Origin: an uncultured bacterium
GTDB lineage: Bacteria; UBP14; UBA6098; B30-G16
DNA: 61,851 nucleotides
NCBI GenBank assembly: GCA_965552135.1
Contig: CBEVQY010000014.1
Span: 1-61,851, forward strand
Direction: 5' to 3'
In this document: positions 59,845-61,851 of the stretch, piece by piece
How positions within the stretch are numbered: the stretch's first letter is position 1
Layout: each line of letters starts with the position of its first letter
Notes under the pieces: model-generated
The model's input: only the letters and a program-made list of their open reading frames with translations
What the model was told of the DNA's origin: nothing
The model's database searches: none
Translations under genes and position numbers: made by a program

Positions 59845-60954
59845 CTATCGGCTGGAGCCTATGCCGAGCTTCTCCATAAGCTTTTGGGCTTCCTCCTTTG
59901 CGCCGTCACGCAGCGCCTTGGAGACGTCCATCGCCGTTTTGGCGTCCCTGGTCTTTCCGCTTTTCGCCCAAACCACCGCAAGCTGCTCCCACGAGTCGGC
60001 GTCGTTGGGATCGAGTTTGACGAGCCTAAGCGCCGCAGCCTCGGCGCCGTCGTAATCGCCGGCGTTGAAAAGGGAGAGCGAGAGGTTGTAGAGGGCATCG
60101 GCGTTGGTCGAGTCGCGTTCGACGACCTTGCCGAAGTACGTCGCCGCCCTGTCGAAGTTGTGCATCCTGTAGTAGCGCACGCCGATGTCGAAGAGGAGGT
60201 CGACGTTCTGCGGATCGAGGGCTTCGGCTTTGGTGAGCATCTCAAGCGCCTTTTGCGTGTCGGCTTTGGCGTCGTAGGCGTCGGCAAGCGCGAAGTAAAC
60301 CTTGGGCTCATCGGTTTTTCCGATGAGTGGAGAAAGGAGCGCTATGGCGCTGTCGGGCTTGCCGCGGGAGGTGTAAAGACCAGCCAAAATCCACAAAATC
60401 TCCGTGTCATCGGGGGCTATGCGATGTGCCTTCTTGTAAACCTCAAAGCGCTTCTCGTCGTAGTACTTGGCGCTGTCGGCGACGCCGGAGGACTCAAAGC
60501 GCTTCACCTTCTCCTGATACAAAAAGGCGAGGTTCTTCCAAGCATTGACGTTCGTGGAGTCTATTTTAAGCGAAAAAAGGGTCCAGCGTAGGGCATCCTC
60601 GAGGTCCTTTTTCTTCTTCCACGCCTTTATGCCCCTGTTGAACGCTTCGGCGCTTTTGCTTTTGCGCCACTTCTCGATCTCAGACCTGTACGACGAGTCG
60701 AGCTCCTCGGCCTTCGCGAACATCTCGACCATCTGCTCCAGGCTATCCATCTCGCCGTAAATCTGCCCCGCCAGAAGGTAAGCCTCGGCGTTTGTGGGGT
60801 TGTTCTCTATCTCCTTCTTCAGGAAAACCAGAGCCTGATCGTACTCCTTCTGCTGGATGTAGACCTTTGCGGACGTCATCTCCGTCGACTGACACCCCCA
60901 GAAAAGCGCAAAAGCGGCAAAAGCACACACGAAAAGCCACAAAGACCTCGCCAT
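59845..60954 (-). CDS. TPR-repeat lipoprotein
   Basis: Lipobox FWGC then QSTEMTSAKVYIQQ; multiple TPR units. Confidence 0.85.
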   Translation of the reverse strand: MARSLWLFVCAFAAFALFWGCQSTEMTSAKVYIQQKEYDQALVFLKKEIENNPTNAEAYLLAGQIYGEMDSLEQMVEMFAKAEELDSSYRSEIEKWRKSKSAEAFNRGIKAWKKKKDLEDALRWTLFSLKIDSTNVNAWKNLAFLYQEKVKRFESSGVADSAKYYDEKRFEVYKKAHRIAPDDTEILWILAGLYTSRGKPDSAIALLSPLIGKTDEPKVYFALADAYDAKADTQKALEMLTKAEALDPQNVDLLFDIGVRYYRMHNFDRAATYFGKVVERDSTNADALYNLSLSLFNAGDYDGAEAAALRLVKLDPNDADSWEQLAVVWAKSGKTRDAKTAMDVSKALRDGAKEEAQKLMEKLGIGSSR

Positions 60955-61216
60955 AGCCTCTCCTTCCGTTTGCCCCTCGGTTTGGTAAAATTATCGGCGC
61001 CACCTGCACAGGCAAGGGAATTTTGCGCACAAAGCCCCAAAGCAAACGACAAACTGCGCTGCATCGCACGAGATGATCCACACAGCCGCCACCGCCATCC
61101 CGAAAAACGGCGGAGCAGCCCACAAAGACAAGCCTTTGAAAAGCACAATCCCCCACCGATTGCACAAGCGATTTGTTTTCGTATTTTTTAAAAGCTTTGC
61201 AAAAGGAGGGGGCTAA

Positions 61217-61851
61217 ATGAGAATCGCAAAGCTGACTTTTGCTATGACCTTAGCCTTGAGCTTTTTCGCCTTTGCCACGCCGCCCGATGGGATCAACTAT
61301 CAGGGCAAGCTTTTTGAGGGCGGCGGACCTGTGACGGGGACGAGGGACTTTCGGTTCAGGCTTTACACCGACACGAACGGCGACGGCGACTTCGACGATG
61401 CCGCCGACACCCTGGCGTGGACTTCGGGTGACACGGCGGGCGTTTCCGTCGACGATGGGCTTTTCTCCGTCGTCCTCGACGGCATTGCGGACTATCTGGA
61501 CTACGACAGTTTGTATCTTGCGGTGTTTGTGAAGAAGCCCACGGAGAGCGACTACACCTTTTTGGGTTCGGAGCGGTTGTGGTCTTCGCCTTATGCGCTA
61601 AGCGTTCCCGAGGGTGCTGGTTTGCCTTCTGGCGCAGCGAATCAGACTCTGCGGTTTGACGGCACCTCGTGGGTGGCCTCAAGCGCGCTTACAAACGACG
61701 GGACGGATGTGAGCACCACCGGTGATCTCACCGTTGGGGGAGGGGACCTTCGCTTTGGTGCGATTTCGGGCGCGATACACTCTGCAAGCGGCGGGGATCT
61801 TTCGCTTTACTCCGACCAGGGCGTTGTGATTCGCGTAGATTCCGACGACAA
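61217..61851 (+). CDS. Secreted fibre/adhesin-like surface protein, 5' part (truncated by the window edge)
   Basis: Own translation: MRIAKLTFAMTLALSFFAFA-TPPDGINYQGKL...FRFRLY...DGLFSVVL...SSPYAL...QTLRFDGTSWV; open to the window end; SD AAAGGAGG. Absent from the ORF track because it has no stop. Confidence 0.8.
   Translation, partial: MRIAKLTFAMTLALSFFAFATPPDGINYQGKLFEGGGPVTGTRDFRFRLYTDTNGDGDFDDAADTLAWTSGDTAGVSVDDGLFSVVLDGIADYLDYDSLYLAVFVKKPTESDYTFLGSERLWSSPYALSVPEGAGLPSGAANQTLRFDGTSWVASSALTNDGTDVSTTGDLTVGGGDLRFGAISGAIHSASGGDLSLYSDQGVVIRVDSDD

Overview
A gene-dense, GC-rich chromosomal stretch of a diderm, probably anaerobic bacterium, with about 54 CDS and one tRNA-Glu(CTC). I see no rRNA, CRISPR array, integrase/transposase or prophage. 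Housekeeping genes include ddl, ssb, rnpA, rpe, prfB (programmed +1 frameshift), nrdR, queD, clpB, an EF-G2 paralog, ahcY, gmk, rny, zapA, mtnA, ftcD, mltD, hpt and hflX. Interleaved with them are secreted proteins carrying Por/T9SS-like C-terminal sorting domains and a PorU-like C25 sortase. Strong Shine-Dalgarno sites and TTG-N16/17-TAnnnT promoters argue against Bacteroidia/Flavobacteriia and suggest a deep-branching FCB candidate lineage (inference). Best leads: (1) a T9SS-like sorting system with Cys-rich, poorly characterised cargo; (2) an apparently complete sigma54 promoter module (-24/-12, IHF-like site, two phased GGAAA-N3-TTTCC palindromes) driving one cargo gene; (3) a classical C2H2 zinc finger inserted into formiminotransferase-cyclodeaminase; (4) a structured 105-nt zapA-rny spacer at the usual 6S RNA position that can occlude the rny RBS; (5) a G10 tract just after the sortase catalytic Cys. 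All calls come from reading motifs by eye; no database search was run.
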